NCBI GenBank assembly: GCA_000004695.1 | Contig: CM000151.3 | Coordinates: forward strand, 6,816,001-6,880,000 | Source: Dictyostelium discoideum | Taxonomy: Eukaryota | Direction: 5' to 3' | Length of the DNA: 64,000 nt | Shown: positions 38,780 to 50,037 of the stretch, piece by piece | How the letters are laid out: every line of letters starts with the position of its first letter | Numbering within the stretch: position 1 is the first letter of the stretch | Made by a program: the position numbers and the translations under genes | The notes under the pieces: generated by a model | What the model was told of the DNA's origin: nothing | The model's database searches: none | The model's input: only the letters and a program-made list of their open reading frames with translations

Positions 38780-38897
38780 AATTATTTAAAAAGGATATTA
38801 CAATTGAATGGTCAGCAACAACACATGAATCGCATATAAACTTTTTATGGTTGAAACAAAAATCTTCACTTCTCTTTTTACATTTACAAATGCCCAT
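37485..38897 (-). CDS. zfpl1: ZFPL1 (zinc finger protein-like 1) orthologue with C-terminal TM helix; complement(join(37485..37716,37822..38558,38802..38897)), ~354 aa
   Basis: Exon 1 is MGICKCKKRSEDFCFNHKKFICDSCVVADHSI|GTAATA. Exon 2 is CYIKSYVSWLTDCEFEDSVCGVCKGKFDVDDNDDSVRLLCYHLYHPECIDVYVAALPQNSSVESYPCPKCPEPILPSNDK...KIIK (donor AA|GTAATA). It has no in-frame Met or TTG, so the ORF track does not list it. Exon 3 is (N)IKETKPKYLIMITVAIIVFLILISKMGSNSD...*. It aligns to human ZFPL1 MGLCKCPKR..CLVANHAKCIVQSYLQWL...RLVCYDLFHWACL...YQCPSCNGPIFP. Confidence 0.75.
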
Positions 38898-39071
38898 TAT
38901 CTATATTTTATATATAAAAAATATATATATATGTGTATATGTATAATTTTTTTTTTTTTTTTCAATATTAAATTAGAAATATATTTTTGGGTGTATGAAA
39001 AATTTTTCGTGTGGATTTGGTGATGTTGCAGAAAATAAAAAATAATAAAAATTAAAAAAAATTTTAATTTT

Positions 39072-39115
<44 letters not shown>

Positions 39116-39519
39116 GTCCTTTATCAGCATTAAAGAAGTGAAATAAATTTTTAAGTACTGAGTTGACTCAAAAAAAAAAAAAAAAAAAAAAACAAAAAAA
39201 CAAACATCGCACTACGTATAATTTAACACTTTGCTCATTTCTCAATTTAAATTCTTTTAAAAAATTTTTTTTTATTTTTATTTGTTTATTATTTTTATTT
39301 GTTTTTTAATTTTTTAATTTTTTTGGGATATTTTTAGTTTTCTAAAAAAAGAAAAAAAAAAAAAAAAAAAACCAAATATTTAAATTTTTTTTTTTTTTTT
39401 TTAACGACATTTTTTTTTTAAAAATGAAAAATGAAAAATAAAAAAAAAAAAAAAAAAAAAAAGTCGAAATTAAATTTTTTTTTTTTTTTTTTATAAAATC
39501 CTAAGAAATAAAACAAAAG

Positions 39520-40461
39520 ATGGTCTATCAAAAACAAGAACCAAAAAAAAAGAAGGCAATTAAGCCATATCATAGAATTAAAGCACATGCAAATCCAGCA
39601 TCAGATTATAACTTTTATTAGTAAGTAGTTTTTTTATTTTTTTTATATATAATGTTCATAGTTTTACTAATCTTTTTATTTTATTTTATTTTATTTTATT
39701 TTATTTTTTTTTTTAAAAAAAAAAGTCCAACTGGACCAGAATCATATGATTGGACAAAGAATTATCCACAACAAGCAATGAATGAAAAAAAAGTTGAAAT
39801 TGCAGATGTTGGATGCGGATATGGTGGATTATTAATTAGTTTATCATCATTATTTCCAGAAAGATTAAGTGTTGGTATGGAACTTAGAGACAAGGTTGTA
39901 CAATATGTTGAGGAACGTATTGATAAATTACGTGAGAAACATGTTGGTCAATTTCAAAATATCAGTGTCATTAGAACCAATGCAATGAAATATTTACCAA
40001 ACTATTTTGAAAAAGGTCAATTACAAAAGATATTTTTCCTTTTTCCAGACCCACATTTTAAAAAAGCAACACATAAACGTCGTATCATTTCACCAACATT
40101 ACTCTCTGAATATGCATACATTTTGGCACCAGGTGCCTATGCATACTTTATTAGTGACGTTGAAGAACTTTATCTCTGGATGTTTGAACATTTCAAAAAT
40201 CATCCACTCTTTGAACAAGTTGAAAGAGATATCGCTGAAAATGATTCTTGTATTCCTTTAATTGTAAATTCAACTGAAGAAGGTAGAAAAGTCAATCGTA
40301 TCGATGGTAAAAAATGGTTTGCCGTTTTTAGACGTATAACCGATCCTTCAAAAAAAGATTTAACTTTTAAAAATTATACTTTAACTTCACCAAAAGAAAT
40401 TGATTCAACTACAACAACTACAACTTCAACTGCCACTATTACTGAAGTAGAATCAAAATAA
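39520..40461 (+). CDS. mettl1: tRNA (guanine46-N7)-methyltransferase (METTL1/Trm8/TrmB); join(39520..39620,39726..40461)
   Basis: Exon 1 is MVYQKQEPKKKKAIKPYHRIKAHANPASDYNFY, with donor TA|GTAAGT (phase 2). Exon 2 is (Y)PTGPESYDWTKNYP...EIADVGCGYGGLLISLSSLFPERLSVGMELR...FQNISVIRTNAMKYLPNYFEKGQLQKIFFLFPDPHFKKATHKRRIISPTLLSEYAYIL. It is near-colinear with human METTL1. Confidence 0.85.
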
Positions 40462-40600
40462 ATAAAAATAAAAAAAATAAATAAATAAAATAAAAAAAAA
40501 AAAAAAACATAGTAAAATTTAAATTTTCAGTTTAAATATTAGTAGTAGTACTTAAGTTAAATTCTAATATCTTTATATATATATATATATAGGGTATTGG

Positions 40601-40632
<32 letters not shown>

Positions 40633-40690
40633 TTATATGTTTTTTTTTTTATTTTTTTATTTTTTTTTTTTTTATTATTTTTTTTTTTAT

Positions 40691-41573
40691 TTATACATTA
40701 TCAACAATTGAATTTCTAATATTATTAATAATGTTTGATGGTTTAGAGCCTTGAAGAGCAAAGATAGATTCAATGACAGAGATTTCAGTGGCAGTGGTAT
40801 CAGCACCAACGATGGCAGTCCAATCATTAACTACACAACCAGCGGCAACACATTCATTACCACGATTGACGGTACCAGCGACTAAAGGAACTTGAAGGAG
40901 TGATGATAACTCATCTTGATCGGCGATTGAGGTCATTGGATGAACGAGAGCACCTTGATTTGTGAGAGCACAATAGGTACCAACTAAAACATTACCAGAG
41001 ACGGTTTGTCTGAAAACTTCAACACCTAAAACATCTGCAATGATCTCTTCGGTCTCTCTATCGATATCTGGGTGTACCAATGCAACATAATCATTTGTGG
41101 CGATACAGTTACCCAATGCTGAGAATTTCTCTTCAATTCTTTGTACTACGACATCATCTGGTAATGAGTTTCTAATTTGTTGTAATTCTTGATCGGTACA
41201 TGTATTTGGTAATAATAAACCATTCTTATTTCCTGCTGATAAACGACCAACAATACGTGTACCTGCAATACTTGTCTCTACAACTGGAATATGATCTGCT
41301 AATCTATTCTCTACTGTATGTAAAAATTGTTTACTTCCACATTGTCCAACAAGACAATATTTATTTGTTAATTTTAAAAAAACACCAACATCGCAACTGT
41401 TTTCATATTGTAATCCTATATAAAAAATAATAATAATAAATTAAAAAAAAAAAAATTTATTATATTAATTTTTTATTTTTTATTTTTTATTTTTTATTTT
41501 TTTATTTTTTTACTTGTATTATTATTTTTATTTTTTTATATAAAAGAAGAAAAAAAAACATACTTGTAGCCAT
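40691..41573 (-). CDS. eif6: Eukaryotic translation initiation factor 6 (eIF6/Tif6); complement(join(40691..41415,41564..41573)), ~244 aa
   Basis: Micro-exon 1 is ATGGCTACAA|GTATGT (MAT, phase 1). Exon 2 is (R)[138 protein letters not shown]...*. It is colinear with eIF6 (MATR.QFENS...[17 protein letters not shown]). Confidence 0.85.
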
Positions 41574-42135
41574 TATTATTTATATATATTTATTTTAGAA
41601 GGGGTGGGTTTTTGACTTTGTTTTTTTTGTAAAAGAAGATGGGTGTGGGGTGAGTTATTTGTTTTTGGTTGGGAGATATTTAAAACCTAAATGTTTTTTT
41701 TTTTTTTATATAGATAGGTCTTTTCAAAATGTTTACAATTCAATTTTTAAAAAATTTAAATGAAAAAAAAAAAAAAAAAAAAATAAAACTAAAAAAAAAA
41801 AAGAATAAAAAAACGATAAAAAAAAAATTTATTTTTTTTTTATTTTTTTTTCATTTTTTTTTTTTTATGTGCGAGGACTAAAACGAAAGTTGAGAAAATT
41901 ATGAAAAAAAATATTTTTATCATTTTTTTCTTTTTTTTTTTTTTTTTATAATTATTAAAAAATACCATAAATTTATTAATTAATTATTGTTAAAGCTTTA
42001 TACTTTATTTTTTTAAATAATTAATTGGAGTTGGGCCGCTCTTATCATAATAATTATGGACACAAATGATTCTATCATTACCTTGACATCTTAGGTATAT
42101 TAAAATAATCAATCTGATAAGTTGCTAATTACCCT

Positions 42136-42196
<61 letters not shown>

Positions 42197-42276
42197 CAAT
42201 TTTTTGTTTATCAAAAATTTAAAAATATCCAAAACTAAAAAGACTATCCTCCCTCAAACCGGCAATAATATTTTAA

Positions 42277-42309
<33 letters not shown>

Positions 42310-42405
42310 TAATAAGAATAATAAATAATAATAAAATTAATAATAAAAATAATAATAATAAGAATTTCAAAAAATAAAAAATTAAAAAAAAAAAATAGTT
42401 AAAAT

Positions 42406-42438
<33 letters not shown>

Positions 42439-42702
42439 GTTTAGACTAATAATAAATATTGTTATTGTTTTTGTTATTTGTGAATTTGTTTTTTATGATG
42501 TTTAAGTATTTGGCAAATATTAATTTATTTGTTATTTATTAATTTATTTGTTTTTTTTTTTTTTTTTTTGTTTATTAAAATAAGATTATTTATGTATAGA
42601 AAAAAAAAAAAAAAAAAAAAATCTTAAGATTTATTTATTTTTTTTGATTTAGATTAAAAAAAAATATAGAATATTAATTCTTTATGATATAAATTTAATA
42701 CT

Positions 42703-42736
<34 letters not shown>

Positions 42737-43168
42737 TATTAAAAAAAAAAAAAAAATTTAAATATTTCCTTAATCAAACTCAATTTAATAGTTAATGATA
42801 ATTAAAAAATAAATAAATAAAAAGTTATTTTTAAATAACATCAACAAAAATAAAAAAATTTACCATATTTTAAATATATAATTATATTTTGTAAAATCAG
42901 TACATCCAAAAATTTTCATAGTTTTACATCTTTTTTTTAAAAGAGGCCCCTGGATTTTAGATTAATTGGTTAAATTTTATTTGCTTTTAAAAAATTATTT
43001 ACAAATCCTTTTTTTTTTTTTTTTGTCAAAATATATTTTAAAATATTTTTTTTTTTTTTTTGTTTTTGTTATAATACGAAAATAAGATAAAAATAAAATA
43101 AAAAAAACAATAGTACGTCCTTTAAACAAGTACAAGTAAAATAAAATTTTTAATTTTTTTATGGTTTG

Positions 43169-43199
<31 letters not shown>

Positions 43200-43752
43200 A
43201 ATATTAATTTATTAAATTTATATGTAAATAAATTAAATTTTATTATGTTTTTTTTTTTTTTTTAAAAAATTTTAAATAAAAAACTTAAAATAAAAATGAA
43301 AAGCAGTTAACAACAAGCATAATTTACCATTTTATTTTATAATGATAATTTTTTAAAAAATCTTTAATTTTATTTATTATTGTTATTTTAAACCAAGTGT
43401 ACCTAATCTTTTAAAATTAAAAAAAAAAAACACAAAAATAGCAAATTTAACTCTACAAATAATATACTTGATTTTAGAATAAAAATGTATTGGATCATCG
43501 ACTTATCTTTATTTTTAAATATATTTTTTTTTTTTAAATTTGAAAATAATTTTATGGTATGTATTTTGGTTTTAAAATTTAATGTGTTGGAGTGGGTGTT
43601 TACCTTTTTCACGAGTTTTAAAATGGTAGTTTTTATACACACACACACATATAAAATAGGGTCTTAATAAATATTTACTATTTTGATTTGATCAAAATTT
43701 TATTATATACAATTATTATTTTATTTTTTTAATTGTTTTTTTTAATTGTTTG

Positions 43753-43787
<35 letters not shown>

Positions 43788-44823
43788 CTATAAATAAAAA
43801 AAAAATTTGATGTTTTAAATTAATTAAAAATAAATAAAATTCAAAACAACTAAAAAAAAAAAAAAATCGACTTTAATAAATAAAAAAAAAAAAATCAAAA
43901 TTTATAAAATGTTATCAAGTATGAATCATGAAATTTTAAAAAAAAAATGTGATAATTTCAAATATAGTTATTAATTATCCAATTTTATTATTATTTTTTT
44001 TTTTTTTCCATTTCTTTTTTTTCCACCTTTTTTTTTTCTTTTCCCTTCTTTTTCTTATTTTTCTTTTTTTTGTAGAATCATTATCATCATTTTTCTCAAT
44101 TAAATCCAATCCATCAGTTTCTAATACAATTATTAGTAAATGCAATGAAACTAATACTCATTCTTTTAGTATTAATTCCATTTCTATGAAACAAAGCTTT
44201 TTTTCAAGACCTTTATACTTCTAATTTTCTTTATTATCACAATTTTTTAATGTCCAAAAAGATTTTGTTTTTCCCCCAAATCCTTTATCATTTGCCTCAT
44301 TTTCTCAAATTTTCTTATTTATAATTCTGATTCTTTATTCCTAATATTTTAATTTAATAAACAAACCGATCATTTTTTCCAAACCTTTTTTATTTATTTT
44401 TCTAATTTTTTTTTTTTTTAATTATTTTTCTTACTTTTTATAATATTGTATTTTATATTTAAGTTTATTTGTATAATAAATTTTATTAGTATTATTTAAA
44501 TATAACTTACTTAAAGTTAGTCGTTTTTAAAATTTATTTTTATTATTTTTTTGGTATATTTTTTGGTATATTTTTTGGTATGTTTTTGGTAAATTTTTGG
44601 TTTATTTTAAGTATATTTTTAGTTTATTATTTTAAAGAATCAAGAACTTTAATATAATAATAATTCAATTTTATAATTTATTAAAATTAACTTTATAAAA
44701 AAGTTTGCAATTAACTTTTAGAAAAAAAGAAAAAAACAACTACATACCTTTGAAAAATAAAATTTGGCAATCAAAAAATTAATAATTTAAAATACCTACA
44801 GAATTAGTTTTATAAAAAAAACT

Positions 44824-44854
<31 letters not shown>

Positions 44855-44861
44855 ATGGCAG

Positions 44862-44913
<52 letters not shown>

Positions 44914-47203
44914 AAAAGAAGAAAAAAAGAAAATTAAAATTGAAAAATAGAAAGAATATGTTAAAGCATATTAAATGCTATTGGAATAATTTTTTAAGAT
45001 GTTATCATAAAATATAAACTGGGAAGACTTAGAAATTAAAATTAGGTTTAAAGGAAACCCAAAAAATAATAAAAAAAAAAATTAAAAATGAAATAAAAAA
45101 AAAAAAAAAAAAAAAAAGAGAAAGAGAAAGAAAGGGAGAGAGCTGTTTTTAGGGAGGTTTCCCCATTAATTAATTTTTTTTTAAAAAAATTATAAAAATA
45201 TGATTAAAGAGTTATAGTTAAAGAAATATTAAAAAAATATAATTTAAAAAGTGATCAGAATCAAAAATAAAAATTATTTATACTCCAAAAAAAAAAAATA
45301 AAAAAAAAAAAAATAAAAAATAAAAATAAATTAAATATTCACTCTACAAATATTATAACCACTATTTTTTTTTTAAATAATATTTCAATACCTTTTTATA
45401 ACAAGTATTAATATATTCAAACTTTTTTTTAAAAATGGAGATAAATCTTTTATCATTTATCAAAAAATAATTAATGGGTTTTTTTTTTTTTTTTTAATTT
45501 TCACTTCTTTTAGAGTGGTTTTAATATTGTTTTGGTCATTAATTTTAAATAATTTTTTTATAAAAATTTTTTATTTATCTAATTTTTGATTTTTTTTTTT
45601 TTTTTTTTTTTTTAACCTACTTTTTTATTAGTATATTTTTTTTTTTTTTTTCTAACTTTTTTAATTTTAACTACTTGTAGTTTTATTATCAAATAATAAT
45701 AATAATAAAATAATTATAGTTAGAGGTTTTAAATAAAAAATAAAATAGAATTAAATAAAAAATATTATTTTTAAAAATAAGCTTTTTAATTTTAAAAAAA
45801 AAAATTTTTAAGTTTGTATTAAATAAAATCGAAATTTTAAATTCAATGTTTTCCACCATTTTTAAAATTATTATTTTTTATTTGGTATATTAAAACAATA
45901 AATAACTGATTTTTTATACTCTTTTATTAAGTTTATAATTTAAAGTTTATTCATTTCTACCTTAAAAATTAAATTTCTTTAAAATTCTTTTTATTTTTTG
46001 CAAAAAAAGTAATAATTAATATTGAAACCTAGAACATTGACAAAAAAAAATAATTAAAAGGATTAATGAAAATTAAATCAAATTTATAGTTATCTTGAAG
46101 CATCTATACGAAATACATTAGATATTTGCACGTGGCCTATTGTTTTGTTATTGTCTTTTTCTTTTTTTTTTTTTTTTTTGATTAAAATGAAATAAATAAA
46201 TAATGAAATTGGGTAATAAAATGAGGAAAATGAAATAACTTAATTTATATTTTCACAATAATTATTTTTTGTTAAAAAAAAAAATTAATTAATTAAATCA
46301 ATTAACTTATATATATATTTATATATAAATATATTATGATTTCAAGTATGTACATTTTTTATAAATTATTTAATATTCTTTAAATATTAATTTTATTTTA
46401 CCATAGACTCTTTAATAATTATGGCTAATAATAACCCAATTTCTCCCAAATCAATTTTGGTTTCATGTAAAGATGAAAATAATTTTAACACTAATAATTT
46501 TTTTTCTATTGAACAAATAACGTTGTTTAGTAGAACAAGAATATTTTTTTCAAGACCTAATTTCTTTTCTTTCTAAAAAAAAAAAAAAAAAAAAAAAAAG
46601 GTTAGAAATTCTAACCCACTAATATCAAGAATAAAAAAAATATATTTATGTATACAAAAATTTGATTTATTTTTTTTTTAATATTTTTTTTATATATTTT
46701 TTTTTTTTAATTATTAGGTTATACCTTTTGATTAGTGAATTACTGGTTTTTATAGTGGTCGGTTGGTTTTTGGTTTTGAATGTTTATGGGAGGTTTGATT
46801 GGTTTTCAGTTTTACTTTTTTTTGGGTTATTATTTGATTTTTTTTTTTCAAATGTTGTGGTTTGATTAGTTTGTTTGGTTGATGTGGGGTGATAATTGAA
46901 AACTGACCCTATGATTTTTTTGCTTTTTAGTTGATAGGGGTGAATGATGCTCTTTTTAGGGTGAGATGTGGGGTCATATTAATTCATTACTTTGACCAAG
47001 TTTCAATTTTTTTTTTTTTAAAAATAAAGAAAAAAAAATAAATCAAATAAAAAAAACTGTAATTATTTAGGTAAATTAGTCAAAGAAGACTGTTTTTGGA
47101 AGTTCTGATTCTACAATCCAAGCTTAATGTAAATTTTCTTATTTAATTACAATTTGTAAAATTAAATTAAGAATTTTCGTTATATTTTAATAAAGAGCCA
47201 GTT

Positions 47204-47216
47204 GGGGATTCGAACC
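47204..47216 (-). promoter_or_regulatory. External B box (exB) ~32 bp downstream of the tRNA-Lys gene
   Basis: The reverse complement of 47197-47240 reads GATCATGACAAGTGGATCAAAGGTTCGAATCCCCAACTGGCTCT. This is a B-box consensus GGTTCGAATCC outside the tRNA body. Such external B boxes are a known peculiarity of many Dictyostelium tRNA genes. Confidence 0.6.
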
Positions 47217-47247
47217 TTTGATCCACTTGTCATGATCTAAAAAATTT

Positions 47248-47320
47248 CGCCCAAAGGGGGGCTCGAACCCCCGACCACAAGGTTAAAAGCCTTGCGCTCT
47301 ACCGACTGAGCTATCTGGGC
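47248..47320 (-). tRNA. tRNA-Lys (anticodon UUU)
   Basis: The reverse complement is GCCCAGATAGCTCAGTCGGTAGAGCGCAAGGCTTTTAACCTTGTGGTCGGGGGTTCGAGCCCCCCTTTGGGCG. It has a cloverleaf with A box TAGCTCAGTCGG and B box GGTTCGAGCCC. The anticodon loop is CTTTTAA. It is followed by the T-run AAATTTTTT (Pol III terminator). Confidence 0.9.
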
Positions 47321-47367
47321 TTTTTTGAAAATTTCATCTTTAGTACAAAATAAGGTAGATTTAATAA

Positions 47368-48213
47368 GTGGGAAGAGGAACTCAAAAACAACAACAACAA
47401 CAAAACAACAACAACAAAACAAAATCAACTACAACTACACTGGCAATGCGAGCAAGCATGGACCCAATTAAAAACTCCACAAAATAAACAAACACACTAC
47501 GAACACCTCCCAAAATTAAAAAAAATATACGAGGATATGATGACAACCCAATCTCCAGAACACAACAAATTCATACCAACTCCTGGCCAAAAAGAAATAA
47601 TGACCAAAATTAATAGCAAACACCTTCTATTTAAAGAAATCAAAAAAATAATAAACATGAAAGGTAGAGATCTATTATGGAGATACACACTGAAAGCACT
47701 ACCAAAAATATACAACATGCCATGCCAACAGTGTGGGGAAGATGAGACTTCAGAACATATATTCTTCAACTGCAAAGCCCACATCAAAAACACACAAGAA
47801 ATCTTCAACTACACCCTAACTAAGTGTGGACACACCACTCACACCTGGAATGTGAAGATTTTAAACCATCTACAAATCGCACTAGTAGCCAATTTAATAG
47901 CTATTATATTCGAAAAAATCTGGCACAAAAGAAATAAACTCATTCACGATGAAAAAGAAATAATAATTCACAGACAACAAGTCATACGTGAACTAATTAA
48001 AACACAAAGAGCTGCATGGGACAGGACACAAGCGGTTATAAACAAAACATTAAGAATCAAATCAAAGCAACGGCCAGAAGAACAAAATAAATTAGACTCA
48101 CTAATCTCGCTAAAGCTATTACAATTTAGCAGACAATGGAACTCACCTCTTCACGCAATAGAACTTCCTAAACATCTCAAAAAATACAATAATTCACTCA
48201 GTACCTTCTCTAA

Positions 48214-48268
<55 letters not shown>
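47368..48268 (+). mobile_element. Non-LTR (LINE-like) retrotransposon fragment, TRE5-like: ORF2 C-terminal Cys-rich domain plus ~53-nt poly(A) tail, head-to-head ~50 bp upstream of tRNA-Lys
   Basis: Base composition shifts to C-containing, non-AT-rich sequence from ~47368. A 226-aa ORF (47537-48217) contains CQQCGEDETSEHIFFNCKAHIKNTQE, a CCHC-type Cys-His motif typical of the region after the RT domain in non-LTR ORF2. It is followed immediately by A53 at 48215-48268. The position (~50 bp 5' of a tRNA gene) and orientation match the TRE5 family integration rule. The specific subfamily is not determined. Confidence 0.55.
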
Positions 48269-48272
<4 letters not shown>

Positions 48273-48594
48273 GGAACCCAAGTTAATCAGAAAATTTCCA
48301 GATTTTTAACTTTTTAAAGAAAAATACAAAAAATAGAAAGAAAATAAAATGAAAATCACAAACAACACCACAAATATTAAGCAACACAAATGCCTACAAA
48401 AAATAAGCGAAATTGTGGATAAAACTCAATTAAAAAAAAAACAATTCAAATACGTCATAAACATCAATCACGAACCAGACGATAAAATAAAAAAAGATTT
48501 AGAAAAAAGTTTGGACAAAAAAGATGTTTTAATCAAAAGTAATAATAGAAGTTGCTTAATATTAAAATTAAATCTACCTTATTTTGTATAGAAA

Positions 48595-48632
<38 letters not shown>
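48269..48632 (+). mobile_element. Second poly(A)-terminated segment (retroelement 3' fragment or transduced sequence) directly abutting the first
   Basis: The segment starts CCTGGGAACCCAAG. It has an 80-aa ORF (48349-48591) ending ...LNLPYFV*, followed by an A-run at ~48596-48632. Confidence 0.4.
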
Positions 48633-48634
<2 letters not shown>

Positions 48635-48682
48635 TAAACCAACCCCTCTTTTAGAGACCCTGTAAAAAAAAAAATAAAATAA

Positions 48683-49025
48683 AATGAGATCTAGCATCTC
48701 AAGGAGAAGCAAATAATAATTGCGTTATCCAATTCAAAAAAAAAAAAGTTGATTTAATTTTATGAAAAAACCTAAAGTATTATTAAAAATTGTTTAATCC
48801 GTTATTCCATTCAAAAAAAAAAATTAAAAATTGTTTAAAATAAATTCTAAAAAAAACCTCCACTAACCTTCTAATTTTAGGCCATGTAAAAATCCAATAA
48901 ATAAGATGATTTTTTTTGAATAGGATGAAGAAATTGATATAAATTAAATGAGAACAAGTATCTTAAGTAGAAGCAAACTGCTTTTGCGATATCTAATTCA
49001 AAAAAAGTTGAAAACTTAATTCTAA
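48683..49025. repeat. Two ~75-bp related repeat units (~80% identical) plus a partial third, adjacent to the retroelement fragments
   Basis: Unit 1 is aatgagatctagcatctcaaggagaagcaaataataattgcgttatccaattcaaaaaaaaaaaagttgatttaatttt (48683-48765). Unit 2 is aatgagaacaagtatcttaagtagaagcaaactgcttttgcgatatctaattcaaaaaaagttgaaaacttaattct (48945-49025). The partial third is atccgttattccattcaaaaaaaaaaatt (~48790-48830). Confidence 0.6.
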
Positions 49026-49511
49026 AGGGATAAAAGGTATATCTATTTGAATAGTTTAAGGTGTAAAAAATCACTTTTCGAAATAATATTAAAATTAATT
49101 TTATTTATTTATTATTTAAATTTTATATTAAATTTTGGAGTATATAAACAATAGTATATTCTATTTGAAGACTTATTTAATAAATGAAAAAGAAGGAAGT
49201 ACCTGTAATTAGGTAATGGATGATCTATATAATAGGTTTTTCTTTTCTTTTCTTTGCATTTACTAAAATTGGTATAATTGTTATATTTCTGTAGAATCTT
49301 GGAGATAATTGATGATTGTAATAAATATTATCAAAATTACATTTTTTTTTTCATTATCCAGAATTTTTTAGAATATATTATTAAATAACCCTTTGAAATG
49401 AGGTATATATATTTTTTCATTTTCATAATCTTGATTATTATTATTACAATTATTATTTATTATTATTATCATTTTAGGTTGTTGTTATTTTATTTATGTT
49501 GTTGAAGTTGG

Positions 49512-49566
<55 letters not shown>

Positions 49567-49569
<3 letters not shown>

Positions 49570-50037
49570 ATCCATCGAAAATAATTTAAAACCGGTCCAA
49601 ATTAGAGTTGGAACAAGAAAAATGAAAATTGTAATAAATTCACTATTTAAATTTTTTTTGAAAATAAAATGTTCAGAACCATGATAACAACAACCAATAA
49701 TATTTAAAACAAAAGTAATTTGTACCATTGGTTTTAAATGTGTGTTATATGAAGTTAAGACTGTAATGTAAGATCCAAAAATAACCCAATATAATAAAAT
49801 TCTTTTATAAAGACTTTGAGCTGGAAAAAAAAAAAAAAAAAAAAAATTAGTTGATTTTTTTATATGTTACTTTTTTAGGAAAAAAAAAAAAAAAAATCAC
49901 ATACCCTCTTTTTCACCATTAAAATGAATTTTATGGATCAAGTAATCATTCCTAAAGAAAATCATGATGAACAACATAAATCTGCAAATTCCAGATAAAA
50001 ATAAATAATAAGAGTAATAATCTATTTCTGGCTCCAT
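49567..50037 (-). CDS. Small (~128 aa) predicted multi-pass membrane protein, 2 exons: complement(join(49567..49820,49905..50037)); family not recognised
   Basis: Exon 1 is MEPEIDYYSYYLFLSGICRFMLFIMIFFRNDYLIHKIHFNGEKE G|GTATGT. Exon 2 is (A)QSLYKRILLYWVIFGSYITVLTSYNTHLKPMVQITFVLNIIGCCYHGSEHFIFKKNLNSEFITIFIFLVPTLIWTGFKLFSMD*. Splice phase is consistent (1). There are 3-4 hydrophobic helices. Confidence 0.4.

Noticed and set aside
38625-38897. Treating the whole 90-aa ORF as the ZFPL1 first exon
   Set aside because: Homology stops at ...ADHSI. The rest (ISFLNNYNNNNN...) is intron read-through. The GTAATA donor at 38801 restores the ZFPL1 alignment.
40007-40261. 84-aa plus-strand ORF inside METTL1 exon 2 in another frame
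   Set aside because: It is an out-of-frame overlap of a well-supported CDS.
41200-41430. 76-aa plus-strand ORF
   Set aside because: It is antisense to eIF6 exon 2.
47237-47808. Minus-strand ORFs (63 and 103 aa) overlapping the tRNA-Lys and the retroelement
   Set aside because: One simply reads through the tRNA gene. The other is antisense to the retroelement ORF2 remnant.
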